Shown here piece by piece: positions 19,878 through 30,680 of a stretch of DNA of 64,000 nt (the stretch's first letter is position 1; each line of letters begins with the position of its first letter). A program made the translations under genes and the position numbers. The notes under the pieces are model-generated. The model was not told the origin of the DNA, ran no database searches, and saw only the letters and a program-made list of their open reading frames with translations. Origin of the DNA: Candidatus Avidehalobacter gallistercoris (GTDB taxonomy: Bacteria > Bacillota > Dehalobacteriia > UBA4068 > UBA4997); assembly GCA_018715045.1 (NCBI GenBank), contig DVMH01000033.1, positions 749-64,748 of the forward strand, written 5' to 3'.

Positions 19878-20162
19878 CTATTGTTTTATCCGCACAACCG
19901 GGATACTGGCAACCAGCGCGATTTCCCCTTCGCTCTTGTTGAACCCCATATCCAGCTGAGTCTCATCAATCACCATATAGCGGGAGATAACGTCAATAAG
20001 CTCTGAGCGAAGCCTTATCAGCGTATCGTCCGGTATGCTGTTGCCTCTGTCCTGCACCAGCACCAGACGCAAACGCTCCTTGGCAATCTCCTTGCTGCTG
20101 TGCGGTTTGATTCTTGCTTCTTCTTTCGGGAAGAATTTAGTCAGTAATTCCGAAAAACTCAT
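19878..20162 (-). CDS. minE: cell division topological specificity factor MinE
   Basis: 94 aa. MSFSELLTKFF...KERLRLVLVQDR matches MinE. Confidence 0.85.
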   Translation of the reverse strand: MSFSELLTKFFPKEEARIKPHSSKEIAKERLRLVLVQDRGNSIPDDTLIRLRSELIDVISRYMVIDETQLDMGFNKSEGEIALVASIPVVRIKQ

Positions 20163-20177
20163 ATTGCGCCGCCTCCT

Positions 20178-20972
20178 TTAACGCCCTGCGAATAACGTTT
20201 TCAACCGGCTAAAAAAGCCGTCTTTTTCCGAAAGATCCAAAAGCGGCACGTTTTCGCCGCAAAGCCTTCTGGTGATATTGCGGTAAGCCTGCCCTGCGCG
20301 GGAAAATTCGTCCAGCACAGCGGGCTCCCCCCGGTTAGTGGAGGTGACTATGGAATCGTCGTCCGGCACGATTCCCAGAAGCTCCACCGCCAGAATTTCC
20401 AGCATATCCTCCACGGACATCATATCGCCGCTTTCCACCATACGCGGGCGAATACGGTTGATGATAAGATGCGGTTCAGTTAAACCGTGTGCCTCCAAAA
20501 GGCCGATAATACGGTCGGCATCACGCACGGCGGAAACCTCCGGCGCCGTCACCACAATGGCCTTGTCTGCCCCGGCGATGGCATTTTTGAAACCATGCTC
20601 AATCCCAGCCGGACAATCGATAATTATGTAATCAAATTCTGGCTTCAGCGTATTAATCAACTCAATCATCTGCGCTTCCGAGACTGCGGTTTTATCTTTC
20701 GTCTGTGCCGCAGGCAAAAGATACATATTCTCAAAACGTTTATCACGAATCAACGCCTGCTTCAAACGGCAACGCCCCTGCACAACATCCACCACGTCGT
20801 AAACGATACGGTTTTCCAGCCCCAGCACTACGTCAAGGTTCCGAAGGCCTATATCAGTATCCAGCATGGCCACCTGCTTGCCCATTTTGGCCAAACCAGC
20901 CCCAATATTGGCGGTGGTGGTGGTTTTGCCGACGCCGCCCTTGCCGGAAGTCACGACATATACAACTCCCAT
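20178..20972 (-). CDS. minD: septum site-determining ATPase MinD
   Basis: Deviant Walker A SGKGGVGKTT; ParA/MinD family; 264 aa. Confidence 0.9.
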   Translation of the reverse strand: MGVVYVVTSGKGGVGKTTTTANIGAGLAKMGKQVAMLDTDIGLRNLDVVLGLENRIVYDVVDVVQGRCRLKQALIRDKRFENMYLLPAAQTKDKTAVSEAQMIELINTLKPEFDYIIIDCPAGIEHGFKNAIAGADKAIVVTAPEVSAVRDADRIIGLLEAHGLTEPHLIINRIRPRMVESGDMMSVEDMLEILAVELLGIVPDDDSIVTSTNRGEPAVLDEFSRAGQAYRNITRRLCGENVPLLDLSEKDGFFSRLKTLFAGR

Positions 20973-20998
20973 AAAACTTCCTCCTCGCTAATTTCAGC

Positions 20999-21364
20999 TT
21001 ATTTGCTGACGACGTACTTTTCAATCACCACTTCGCCGTTTTTCAGCCTTGCCATCTCGGGTCGGTAAACGTCCTGAGTGGGCTGTCCGTCCGGTGGGCG
21101 GGTGATGCAGGAGGCTATGCGGATCTGCGTCGGCAGCAAGGAAAGTGCAGTTACGGTGGCAGTTTCGTCACCCTCGGCTCCGGCATGAACAACGCCCCGA
21201 AGCGTTCCCATAACCACCACGCACCCAGCGGCAATGATCTCCGCGCCGGGATTAACGTCGCCCAGCACCAGAACATTGCCCGCCGAACGCACTTTTTGGC
21301 CAGAGCGTAGCGTTCTTGCCACCAAAGCTGTATCTTCTTTTAATACTTCTCCTGTGATAACCAA
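20999..21364 (-). CDS. minC: septum site-determining protein MinC, short form (C-terminal beta-helical MinD-binding/dimerisation domain only)
   Basis: 121 aa with a TTG start. Matches the MinC C-terminal domain (VLVLGDVNPGAEIIAAGCVVVMG). An in-frame TGA lies immediately upstream, and the 195-bp upstream spacer is non-coding in every frame. Confidence 0.7.
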   Translation of the reverse strand: MVITGEVLKEDTALVARTLRSGQKVRSAGNVLVLGDVNPGAEIIAAGCVVVMGTLRGVVHAGAEGDETATVTALSLLPTQIRIASCITRPPDGQPTQDVYRPEMARLKNGEVVIEKYVVSK

Positions 21365-21559
21365 ATCGCAGTACCCCCTTCAAGAAAAATTCGTCGCTTG
21401 CTTTTGTCTGAAAAATTCTGAAAGCATATGGAGTTTTCCTTGGGAAAATACCGGGAGATTTGCGCCAAATTACGCTATTATCAGCTGTATTCGTAAAAAT
21501 TGCGGCAATATTCAGTTTTTAAGCGTTAAATACGTCAGAATTACCCTAAAATCACTCCT

Positions 21560-23485
21560 TTATTCCACCACAGCAGAATACACAGTAGAAGACGTTGTCT
21601 GCGAGTCAAACCCAAAATAAGCGTCAAAAGCCGCTTTACACACGGCGCCCGCCGAGGAATAGCCGTGGAATCCATATTCAACCATACCGGCAAACGCCAC
21701 CTGCGGGTCCTCAGCCGGAGCAAACGCGATGAACCAGCCATGATAATCCTCGTTTTTGTCATCGCCCACCAGTCCGGTCTGCGCTGTACCAGTTTTGGCG
21801 GCCACGGTCACGGGATAATTGCCAAACACCGAATACGCCGTGCCGCCCTGCTGCGTTACAGACACCATACCTTCATACAAAACGTCCAGCGCATAGTCGC
21901 TAACAGCGATCTCATCCATTATGCGCGGCTCCCACTGATATACCGTCTCACCCTGATAATTAACAATTTTATCCACCAAATGAGGCTGCATACGCACGCC
22001 CCGATTGGCGATAGTGGCTACGGCCTGCGCCGCCTGAAGCGGTGTGTAATAGCTGTAACCCTGTCCGATAGCCATATAGTAAGTGTCATAACGGTGCCAA
22101 ACGGCATCATCACCCTCGAAATTGAGTTTTTTATATTCTGGGTTGGCTAACAGACCTTTAGACTCCCCGGTTAACTCAATACCAGTCAGCTGTCCATACC
22201 CCAGCTTTTTGAATGTATCATACATGCTGTCAATACCAGCCTGAGCCGCCACTTTCTCAAAGTAAGTGTTGCAGGAAACGGCCAGCGCCCTCTGCAAATT
22301 CACTGTGCCGTGGGGTTTGGGGCATTTGGCAATATCCTCATCCCAAGCCTCCGGCCCGCAGTAAACGGTGGTATTACGGTCAATAACGCCGCTTACCAGC
22401 GCCGCAAGAGCCGTGGATACCTTAAACGTCGAACCGATAGGATAAGCGGCAGAAACGGCACGGTTATAGGTAGGCTTCAATGTCTCGTCATAATAGTATT
22501 GGGAAAGCTCCGGGCTTAGCCCTGTGATAAAATCTTCCGGGTTATAATCTGGATAAGAAGCCAAACCCAGCACGGCTCCGGTTTTCACATCCAGCAGCAC
22601 ACCCGCGCCCGCCTGCGCCTTGGGCCGCGTCTTAGAGATACCTTGTATCGTTTGAGCCAAAGCGTCTTCCATTGCCTGCTGAATATTAGCATCCAAAGTC
22701 AGCACAAGCGAGTTGCCGGAAACGCTCGGCTCGTTGGAAATGGTGCGGACAATGCGGTTGCTGGAATCTACCTCCAAAAGCTGCAAACCGTGCTGACCGC
22801 GTAGACCAATCTCATTGCCTTCGCTGTCGCTAAAACGTTCCATGGTCTTCTCCAGACCGGCCTTACCCACCAAATCAGTGGCCAGATAACCATAGCTATC
22901 CAGCAAATCAGCATCAGCATCACTGATCTGACCCATTTGCCCCAGAATATGGCTGGCCAGTTTGCCCTCAGGGTAAATGCGGCGCGGTTCCTCCATAATC
23001 AGCAGCCCAGGCAATTCTGTGCGGTGCTCCTCCAGTACTGCCACCAAATGCTGGTTACCCTCCGCCGGGATACTGGTAATAACCACCGGCTGATAGCTGC
23101 GGGAATTGGCGGTGATTTTCTCCAATATCGCTTCGGCAGGCAGCGCCGGATCTTTCAGGTAGGCAGATAAACGAGCAGCCAGCTCGTCCGCCTCGTCGCC
23201 TTTCACCTGTGTAGCCGCCACACATATGTCGTAACATATCTCCGACCCTGCCAGCATCACGCCGTTTCGGTCGTAAATATCGCCTCGCTTGGCCGGTTGC
23301 GCCACCATACGCATTTGGTTGCGGCTGGATATCGAGGCATAAACGTCGGTGTTTAATATTTGCAAAGCAAACAGCTTGGCCGCCAACACAAAAAACAGCA
23401 GCCCCAGCACCGCTACAAACAACGACACCCGACGGTCAAATTGCGTTTCCTTGGCGGCTTTTGCCGCCTTGTCCGGTTCGAACAT
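21560..23485 (-). CDS. mrdA: penicillin-binding protein 2 (elongasome transpeptidase)
   Basis: N-terminal TM and PBP dimerisation domain; transpeptidase motifs STFK, SCN and KTGTA. Confidence 0.85.
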   Translation of the reverse strand: MFEPDKAAKAAKETQFDRRVSLFVAVLGLLFFVLAAKLFALQILNTDVYASISSRNQMRMVAQPAKRGDIYDRNGVMLAGSEICYDICVAATQVKGDEADELAARLSAYLKDPALPAEAILEKITANSRSYQPVVITSIPAEGNQHLVAVLEEHRTELPGLLIMEEPRRIYPEGKLASHILGQMGQISDADADLLDSYGYLATDLVGKAGLEKTMERFSDSEGNEIGLRGQHGLQLLEVDSSNRIVRTISNEPSVSGNSLVLTLDANIQQAMEDALAQTIQGISKTRPKAQAGAGVLLDVKTGAVLGLASYPDYNPEDFITGLSPELSQYYYDETLKPTYNRAVSAAYPIGSTFKVSTALAALVSGVIDRNTTVYCGPEAWDEDIAKCPKPHGTVNLQRALAVSCNTYFEKVAAQAGIDSMYDTFKKLGYGQLTGIELTGESKGLLANPEYKKLNFEGDDAVWHRYDTYYMAIGQGYSYYTPLQAAQAVATIANRGVRMQPHLVDKIVNYQGETVYQWEPRIMDEIAVSDYALDVLYEGMVSVTQQGGTAYSVFGNYPVTVAAKTGTAQTGLVGDDKNEDYHGWFIAFAPAEDPQVAFAGMVEYGFHGYSSAGAVCKAAFDAYFGFDSQTTSSTVYSAVVE

Positions 23486-23545
23486 CTGGGCTCACCCCTT
23501 TATCAGTTATACACTATAACAATTATCACAATAAACAATTAGCCT

Positions 23546-24079
23546 CTAGACCCGCTTCGGCACCGGCTGTAGCCAACCATAGGCCAGCGAACGGTATACC
23601 GGCAGGTAGATAATCGGCGCGATGAAGCAATTTACCAACACCCCGCCCATAATAATACGGCTGATAAGCGTCATTGAGAAAAAGCTGCCGGAAACCAGCC
23701 CGGCCAGCATCGCATAAAACAGTGAGCTGAACGCGTAGGAAAGCAGCACAGAAATAACGGCAATAAGATAGTTTTCCTTGAACAAACTGGTAGTGAAACG
23801 TCCAACCAGAAAGCCCGCCGCGCCCCAAACCAGCGCGTTCAGCCCGAGGAACCGACCGATTACCAAATCCATCAAAAGACCGGCGAACAGCCCGTGCGCC
23901 AGGCCATACCAGCGTCCTCGCAGCAATCCGGCAAACACCGGGAAAAACAGCATCAGTTGCGGACAGAAAACACCCCAGCCAAGGTTATTTAAAAAGCCGT
24001 ATTGCAGCAGGAAAGCAGCCAGATATAACACCGTCAGCACCAGCCGTCTGCGCAGGTTTCTCATAAGCTCTCCTTTCAA
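23546..24079 (-). CDS. mreD: rod shape-determining protein MreD
   Basis: 177-aa polytopic membrane protein directly downstream of mreC and overlapping it by 4 nt. Confidence 0.75.
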   Translation of the reverse strand: MKGELMRNLRRRLVLTVLYLAAFLLQYGFLNNLGWGVFCPQLMLFFPVFAGLLRGRWYGLAHGLFAGLLMDLVIGRFLGLNALVWGAAGFLVGRFTTSLFKENYLIAVISVLLSYAFSSLFYAMLAGLVSGSFFSMTLISRIIMGGVLVNCFIAPIIYLPVYRSLAYGWLQPVPKRV

Positions 24080-24903
24080 GCCTTTGGCTTCAGCACCATC
24101 ACTTCTTCCAGCCTGTTAAAATCAACATAAGATCGTACGTCAATATCTAACATCAGACCGTCACTTTGCAGCGTAATGCTATTGATGTAACCAACCAGCA
24201 ACCCCTTAGGATAAACGCCGCCGTAACCGGAGGTGATAATCTGCTGATAGTTCTCGATTTCCGCGTCATACGGCACGCGGATCATGCTGAGCTCTGACGT
24301 TTCGCCGTCGCCCTCCACCACGCCGACGGTACGTGTGTTCTGCACCATCGCACTGATAGCACCCTCACGGTCGGTTATCAGCAGAACCTCGGCAGTGTTT
24401 TCCGACGTGTTGATAATACGCCCCACCAGCCCCTGCGCAGATACAACAGGCATACCAACGGCAAAGCCAGCGTCCTCACCGCCGCTGATGACCAGCGTCT
24501 TATACCAGCTGCTCTGCGAACGATTCACCACAGTTGTGGTCACATACTCAAACTGCGATTCAACATTCTCAGCCATATTCAGTAAATCACGCAGGCGCTC
24601 GTTTTCCTGCTGATATTCCGCCAGATCGACCAATTGCAGACGCAGCTCGCTAATTTCCTTGCGAAGCTCATCATTTTCCGCCCGAATATTGTCCACACCT
24701 TGCAAATACGCGCCCCAGTTGCGAATGTTTCCTGATACAACACTAGCCCCGTTTTGCAACGGAGCCAGCATATCGCGCAGAAACTGCTCAGGTTTGGATA
24801 TATTCTCACGCTCGGTGGAAGTGAGCCCTGCTAAAAAAAGCAGAGCCAAAACCAGCACCCCTGCCAGAGTGCCAATCAATATTTTCTTTCGTTTCGGAGT
24901 CAA
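24076..24903 (-). CDS. mreC: rod shape-determining protein MreC
   Basis: N-terminal TM, coiled coil (ENDELRKEISELRLQL), C-terminal beta domains. Confidence 0.85.
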   Translation of the reverse strand: MTPKRKKILIGTLAGVLVLALLFLAGLTSTERENISKPEQFLRDMLAPLQNGASVVSGNIRNWGAYLQGVDNIRAENDELRKEISELRLQLVDLAEYQQENERLRDLLNMAENVESQFEYVTTTVVNRSQSSWYKTLVISGGEDAGFAVGMPVVSAQGLVGRIINTSENTAEVLLITDREGAISAMVQNTRTVGVVEGDGETSELSMIRVPYDAEIENYQQIITSGYGGVYPKGLLVGYINSITLQSDGLMLDIDVRSYVDFNRLEEVMVLKPKA

Positions 24904-24933
24904 ACCAACCGCCCTCCAGCTATCACAACCAGA

Positions 24934-25953
24934 TCACTTACGCAGGCTGCTGTCCAACACATGAATATTCTCCAGCACCTTACTTGTTCCCAGCACCACG
25001 GCGTTCAGCGCCTGATCGGAAAGATGTACCATAATGTGCGTCTCCATGGAAACCAATTTGGGCAGACCTCTCAAAAGCGAACCGCCGCCTGCCATCACGA
25101 TACCTCTGTCCATAATATCGGCAGCCAGTTCCGGCGGCGATTTCTCCAGACAGCTTTTGATCGCGTCAATGATGGCGGCAACCGGCTCTGAGAGCGCTTG
25201 ATTCATTTCCTCCGCCGTTATAGTGATAGTTTTGGGAAGCCCCGTCATCAAATCGCGTCCGCGCACAGAATACGTCTCGCCTTTTTCATCCTCCTCCAGA
25301 TAGGCCGAACCGATTTGAATTTTGATCTCCTCCGCCGTACGCTCACCGATAGCAAGGTTAAAATTCTTCTTAATATAATTAACTATAGCTTCATCCATCT
25401 TGTCGCCCGCCATGCGTACGGAATGAACTGTAACCAGCCCCCCCAGCGAAATCAGACCCACCTCGGTAGTGCCGCCGCCAATATCGACTATCATATTGCC
25501 TACCGGCTCCATAACCGGAAGCCCAGCGCCAATAGCAGCCGCCATCGGCTCCTCAATAAGATAAGCCTCTTTCGCCCCGGCATTCAATGCCGCCTCACGA
25601 ATAGCGCGTTCCTCCACCGTTGTGACGCCGGAAGGCACGCAGATAACAATACGCGGGCGCGAGAAAATGGAACGGTTCTTCACCGCCTTGTCGATAAAAT
25701 ATTTCAACATACCTTGCGTGATGTCAAAATCCGCAATTACGCCGTCCTTTACAGGGCGGATCGCCATAATATTGCCAGGCGTCCTTCCCAGCATTTTCTT
25801 AGCCTCATTGCCCACGGCAAGGATTTTTTTACTGTTCTTCTCCACCGCCACCACTGAAGGTTCGGTAGATATCGTGTCTTTGCCCTTAACATAAACCAGT
25901 GTATTCGCAGTACCGAGGTCTATGCCGATATCAATGTTAAACAAGCCACACAT
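24934..25953 (-). CDS. mreB: rod shape-determining actin homologue MreB
   Basis: IDIGIDLGTANTLVYV phosphate-1 motif; actin/Hsp70 fold. Start MCGLFNIDIG with an AAAGGGG RBS. Confidence 0.9.
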   Translation of the reverse strand: MCGLFNIDIGIDLGTANTLVYVKGKDTISTEPSVVAVEKNSKKILAVGNEAKKMLGRTPGNIMAIRPVKDGVIADFDITQGMLKYFIDKAVKNRSIFSRPRIVICVPSGVTTVEERAIREAALNAGAKEAYLIEEPMAAAIGAGLPVMEPVGNMIVDIGGGTTEVGLISLGGLVTVHSVRMAGDKMDEAIVNYIKKNFNLAIGERTAEEIKIQIGSAYLEEDEKGETYSVRGRDLMTGLPKTITITAEEMNQALSEPVAAIIDAIKSCLEKSPPELAADIMDRGIVMAGGGSLLRGLPKLVSMETHIMVHLSDQALNAVVLGTSKVLENIHVLDSSLRK

Positions 25954-26098
25954 ACCCCTTTCAAAACTATAACTATTGCACATTTACAGTATATCCACAA
26001 CTATGATCTACCAAAACTTTGTAACTTATATTATATTATACTTAACGCCGCAAATACAACAATATTTTACTATTTTTTGCAAACTTTTTATCTGCTGG

Positions 26099-26677
26099 TC
26101 AGGCGTTTTTTGATTCGACAAATTCTGCCAAAGATATCATTCCGCTCACCAGACGCATCGGCAACCCAATCACGTTATCCAGATCTCCATCAAGCTGCTG
26201 TACAAAACGGCCCGCCCCTCCTTGCACGGCATAAGCGCCAGCCTTGTCCATGGGCTCTCCGGTAGTAACATACGCGGTAATTTCCGCATCATCCAGCTGG
26301 CGAAATGTCACTTTGGTTTCCGCCGCACCGCAGGTGATACTGCCATTTTGATATACTGCGACCCCTGTGAACACGCTGTGCGTGCGTCCGGAAAGTTCGT
26401 TAAGCATATGCGCTGCGTCCGCTGCATCCTTAGGCTTGCCAAAAATTCTCCCGCCCAGCGCCACCACGGTGTCTGCCGCCAGAATAAGACTATGCGGCTT
26501 CAGTTTCGCTGCCGCTTCAGCCTTTAAGCGCGCGTTAGCAATAACCAAATCACATGGCGGCATATCAGCCGTCAGCTCAAGCACGTCAACCACCAGCACT
26601 TCCGGTTCAATGCCCGCTGCTCGCAAAATCTCCAAACGCCGGGGCGAACCGGAAGCCAAAATCAGTTTTTTACACAT
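26099..26677 (-). CDS. maf: Maf-like nucleoside-triphosphate pyrophosphatase (septum formation protein)
   Basis: LILASGSPRRLEIL start region, Maf family. Start MCKKLILASG overlaps the folC stop by about 8 nt. Confidence 0.8.
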   Translation of the reverse strand: MCKKLILASGSPRRLEILRAAGIEPEVLVVDVLELTADMPPCDLVIANARLKAEAAAKLKPHSLILAADTVVALGGRIFGKPKDAADAAHMLNELSGRTHSVFTGVAVYQNGSITCGAAETKVTFRQLDDAEITAYVTTGEPMDKAGAYAVQGGAGRFVQQLDGDLDNVIGLPMRLVSGMISLAEFVESKNA

Positions 26678-27998
26678 CAGGTTCCACCCCCAGCAAATAA
26701 GCCCGCGCGTCCGCCAGCATATATAACGAGCCGCTGACCAGCAACATATGGTTATCATCACGCAGCAAAGACCTGCCGGTATCGACAGCCGCCGTCACAT
26801 TCTCTACCAAGCGGCATTTTACGCCGCTCTCCCGGCAGACGTCGCCCAAAGTCTGCCAATCGCCCGCGCGATAGCTGGGAACGCGGCAGATAACGGCTTC
26901 GTCCAGCAAAGGCAACAGGTGTTGCAGCGCTTCGCGCCGTTCTTTATCGGCCAGCATACCCAGTACGGCCACAATACGCCGCCCCGGCCAGTACTCTTTA
27001 AGCGCCTTTGCTAACGCATGCATTCCGGCAGTGTTGTGCGCGCCGTCCAGCACGATGAGCGGCTCTCGGGATATGACTTCCAGCCGCCCCGGCCAGCGCG
27101 CGGCAGCCAAACCGGAGTGTATTGCGTCTTGCGGCAGGCCAAGCTCCCGCGCGGCAGCCACTGCCAGCGCCGCGTTAACTAATTGATGCTCGCCCAGCAG
27201 ACTGACTGTCAACCCAGATATTTCGTCACTCCGCCGCACATCACGAAATGTGAACGTCTGCGTTTTCTCCGTATGGCTGGCATTGGTCACGGTAAAGTCA
27301 CGCCCAAATTGATAAAGCTGCGCACCAACCTCCTGCGCCTGTGAAGAGAGAACAGCCAGCACATCCGCGTCCGCCGACGCAGTGAAAGCAGGACGTTCCG
27401 GTTTGATGATGCCTGCTTTGATACGGGCAATTTCCGCCGGGGTATGGCCAAGATAATCCATATGATCCATCGCCACGTTGGTAATGACAGATAATTCCGG
27501 CATTATCACGTTGGTAGAATCAATTGCTCCGCCTAGGCCTACCTCAATCACGGCATAATCCACCTGCTGTTCGCTAAAATATTGCAGCGCCAACGCGGTG
27601 CTGACTTCAAATTCCGTCGGCTGCTCCGCGCCCTCCCGCTGCATTTGCGCCAGTAATGGCTGCAAGCGTTTGACACGTGCAGTCAGCTCCGCCCGGCTGA
27701 TGTTTTCACCATTGATGCGATAACGCTCGCGATAGGAATGAAGGTGCGGCGACGCGAAAAAGCCGCATTTGTAGCCCGCCGCCTGTAGACAAGACGCCAG
27801 CATGGCCGCCGTCGAACCTTTGCCGTTAGTACCGCCGATATGCAGGTATTTCACGCCCTGGCGCTCCGGATTGCCCATCAAAGCGAGCAGGCGTTCAATA
27901 CGCTGAAGCCCCAGATTTATGCCGAATTTAGTACAATCCTCAAGAAATTTGAGGGCTGCGGCATATTCCCAGCGCTCCTGTTCCGTTTCGTTAAGCAT
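26670..27998 (-). CDS. folC: bifunctional folylpolyglutamate synthase/dihydrofolate synthase
   Basis: Mur-ligase-type P-loop HIGGTNGKGST; 442 aa. Confidence 0.85.
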   Translation of the reverse strand: MLNETEQERWEYAAALKFLEDCTKFGINLGLQRIERLLALMGNPERQGVKYLHIGGTNGKGSTAAMLASCLQAAGYKCGFFASPHLHSYRERYRINGENISRAELTARVKRLQPLLAQMQREGAEQPTEFEVSTALALQYFSEQQVDYAVIEVGLGGAIDSTNVIMPELSVITNVAMDHMDYLGHTPAEIARIKAGIIKPERPAFTASADADVLAVLSSQAQEVGAQLYQFGRDFTVTNASHTEKTQTFTFRDVRRSDEISGLTVSLLGEHQLVNAALAVAAARELGLPQDAIHSGLAAARWPGRLEVISREPLIVLDGAHNTAGMHALAKALKEYWPGRRIVAVLGMLADKERREALQHLLPLLDEAVICRVPSYRAGDWQTLGDVCRESGVKCRLVENVTAAVDTGRSLLRDDNHMLLVSGSLYMLADARAYLLGVEPDV

Positions 27999-28001
27999 GG
28001 C

Positions 28002-30680
28002 TCACTCCAGCCCCTTAAGTTCAGCCACACGCTTCAGCAGGCTTTGCCGCTTTTCGGTATAGGCGGCCAGCTTTTCGCGCTCACCCGCCACAACGGTCTC
28101 CGGCGCCTTGGCCAAAAACCCCTGATTAGACAGCTTACTCTCCAGACGCTTAATTTCCTTATCCATATTGGCAATTTCCTTATTCAAACGGGCAATTTCT
28201 TTATCCAGATCAATCAGACCTTTCAGCGGCAGGTAAATATCCACGCCGCGGATATGAGCAGCCGCAGCCTGTTCCGGCTTGTCGGAACAGGCGGACATGA
28301 TACTCATGTTCTCCGCCCCGGCCAGCGCCTTGATATACATTTCGCCCTGCTCAAGCCCGTCTGCCGCCGTGTCGGTGGCAAAGATAAGCTCCACCTTTTT
28401 ACCAGGCTGCACGTTCATTTCCGCCCGGATATTACGGATAGCACGCACAGCGTCCATATTCAGACGCATAATCTCGGCCTCTGCCGGGTAATCTGGCATA
28501 GCTTCAGCATCCGGCCATGCAGCCAGCATAATCGTCTCGCCATCATGCGGCAGCGCCTGCCAGATCTCCTCAGTAATAAACGGCATGAACGGGTGCAGCA
28601 GACGCAAGATATTGTCCAGCACCTGCACCAGCACAGTCTGCGCGGTATAGCGTTCCACTTTGTCCTCGCCATAAAGACGCGGTTTGGCAGTTTCAATATA
28701 CCAGTCGCAGAAATAATCCCAGGTGAAATCATAAACGGCACGCGCCGCCTCGCCCAGTTCATACTTGCCAAGGTTAGCGGAGATAGCAGCAGCCGCCGCT
28801 TTCAACTCGGAAAGTATCCACTTATCAGCCAGAGAATATTTCAGATCCCCCTCTCCCGGCTGATAATCATCAAGATTCATCAGCACGAAACGGCTGGCGT
28901 TCCAAATCTTGTTGCAGAAGTTGCGGCTGGCCTCCAGGCGCTCCATCTGGAAACGGAAATCGTTGCCGGGCGTGTTGCCGGTTATCAGCATAAAACGCAG
29001 CGGGTCGGCGCCATACTGCTCAATAATTTCGATCGGGTCAATGCCGTTGCCCAGGCTTTTGCTCATCTTGCGCCCCTGCGCGTCCAGCACAAGGCCGTGA
29101 ATGAACACGTCGGAGAACGGCTTTTCTTCCATAAAATGGAGACCAGTAAAAATCATGCGCGCCACCCAGAAGAAGATAATGTCACGCCCGGTGACCAGCA
29201 CCGACGTGGGATAAAATTTCTGAAGCGCAGCCATTTTTTCTTTGTCCGGCCAGCCCAGCGTCTCAAACGGCCAAAGCCCGGAGGAAAACCAGGTATCCAG
29301 CACATCCTCGTCGCGGCTTAGCCTGGCCGAGCCGCATTTGGGGCAGGCCTGCGGTTCATCCTTTTGGCAGATAACCTCGCCGCAGTCGCCGCAATACCAT
29401 ACAGGAATACGGTGTCCCCACCACAGTTGGCGGGATATGCACCAGTCGCGGATATTTTCCAGCCAGCCAAGATATATCTTCTCAAAGCGCTGCGGCACAA
29501 AACGTATCTCGCCGTTTTTCACCGCCTCGATTGCGGGTTTGGCAAGAGGTTCCATCTTCACAAACCACTGCGGCGATATCAACGGTTCGATAACACTGCC
29601 ACAGCGGTAACATTCGCCCACCGCATGAGTAATATCCTCAATTTTTTCTAACAGGCCAAGCTCGTCCATCGCCTTAATTACGGCGGCACGGCATTCATCT
29701 CTGTCCATGCCCTGGTACGCCCCGGCGTTTTCATTCATTTTGGCGTCTTTGCCAATAACCGTGATCTGCGGCAGGTTGTGGCGAAGCCCCATCTCAAAGT
29801 CGTTAGGATCGTGCGCCGGGGTAATTTTCACCGCGCCCGTGCCGTATGCCATATCCACGTAATCGTCAGCAATAATCGGAATTTCGCGGTTCATCAGCGG
29901 CAGCATAATTTTCTTGCCCACCAGCGCACTGAAACGCTCGTCCGCCGGGTTAACGGCCACGGCGGTATCGCCCAGCATGGTCTCCGGCCGTGTTGTCGCC
30001 ACGGTGACAAATCCCGTACCATCGGCCAGAGGATATCGCAGATACCAGAGATGTCCGGCGTGGTCGTTGTGTTCTACCTCGATATCGGAAATTGTTGTCT
30101 GGCATTTGGGGCACCAGTTGATGATGTAGGTACCGCGGTAAATCAGCCCTTCGTTGAAAAGGCGCACGAACACCTCATTCACCGCATCATTACAACCCTC
30201 GTCCAGCGTAAAGCGTTCCTGTTCCCAGTCACAGGAAGAACCGAGCATTTTCAACTGACGTACAATGCGGTCATGATACTGGTGTTTCCATTCCCACACC
30301 TTGTCCACAAACGCCTCGCGCCCCAAATCATATTTGCTGACGCCGTCTTTTGCCAAATGCTCTTCCACCTTAGCCTGGGTAGCAATGCCCGCGTGATCAC
30401 ATCCAGGCACCCAAAGCGTCTGATGCCCCTGCATACGATGCCAGCGCGTCAGAATATCCTGCATGGTATTGTCCACCGCGTGCCCCAAATGCAGCTGGCC
30501 GGTGACATTCGGCGGTGGCATAACGACCGAAAAAGGCTGACCGCCAGCGTTGTTTTTATGGCTGAAACAGCCGTGCTCCTCCCAGAATGCATACCACTTC
30601 TGCTCCACTTCACTGTGGTTGTAGGTTTTGGGCAGTTCGTGCCCCTTACAGCAATCACACATGTTCAAATACCCTCCCAT
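28002..30680 (-). CDS. valS: valine--tRNA ligase
   Basis: 892 aa. HIGH motif (PPNVTGQLHLGHA), KMSKS, C-terminal coiled coil. There is no room for a T-box leader because the upstream gene overlaps by 16 nt. Confidence 0.95.
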   Translation of the reverse strand: MGGYLNMCDCCKGHELPKTYNHSEVEQKWYAFWEEHGCFSHKNNAGGQPFSVVMPPPNVTGQLHLGHAVDNTMQDILTRWHRMQGHQTLWVPGCDHAGIATQAKVEEHLAKDGVSKYDLGREAFVDKVWEWKHQYHDRIVRQLKMLGSSCDWEQERFTLDEGCNDAVNEVFVRLFNEGLIYRGTYIINWCPKCQTTISDIEVEHNDHAGHLWYLRYPLADGTGFVTVATTRPETMLGDTAVAVNPADERFSALVGKKIMLPLMNREIPIIADDYVDMAYGTGAVKITPAHDPNDFEMGLRHNLPQITVIGKDAKMNENAGAYQGMDRDECRAAVIKAMDELGLLEKIEDITHAVGECYRCGSVIEPLISPQWFVKMEPLAKPAIEAVKNGEIRFVPQRFEKIYLGWLENIRDWCISRQLWWGHRIPVWYCGDCGEVICQKDEPQACPKCGSARLSRDEDVLDTWFSSGLWPFETLGWPDKEKMAALQKFYPTSVLVTGRDIIFFWVARMIFTGLHFMEEKPFSDVFIHGLVLDAQGRKMSKSLGNGIDPIEIIEQYGADPLRFMLITGNTPGNDFRFQMERLEASRNFCNKIWNASRFVLMNLDDYQPGEGDLKYSLADKWILSELKAAAAAISANLGKYELGEAARAVYDFTWDYFCDWYIETAKPRLYGEDKVERYTAQTVLVQVLDNILRLLHPFMPFITEEIWQALPHDGETIMLAAWPDAEAMPDYPAEAEIMRLNMDAVRAIRNIRAEMNVQPGKKVELIFATDTAADGLEQGEMYIKALAGAENMSIMSACSDKPEQAAAAHIRGVDIYLPLKGLIDLDKEIARLNKEIANMDKEIKRLESKLSNQGFLAKAPETVVAGEREKLAAYTEKRQSLLKRVAELKGLE

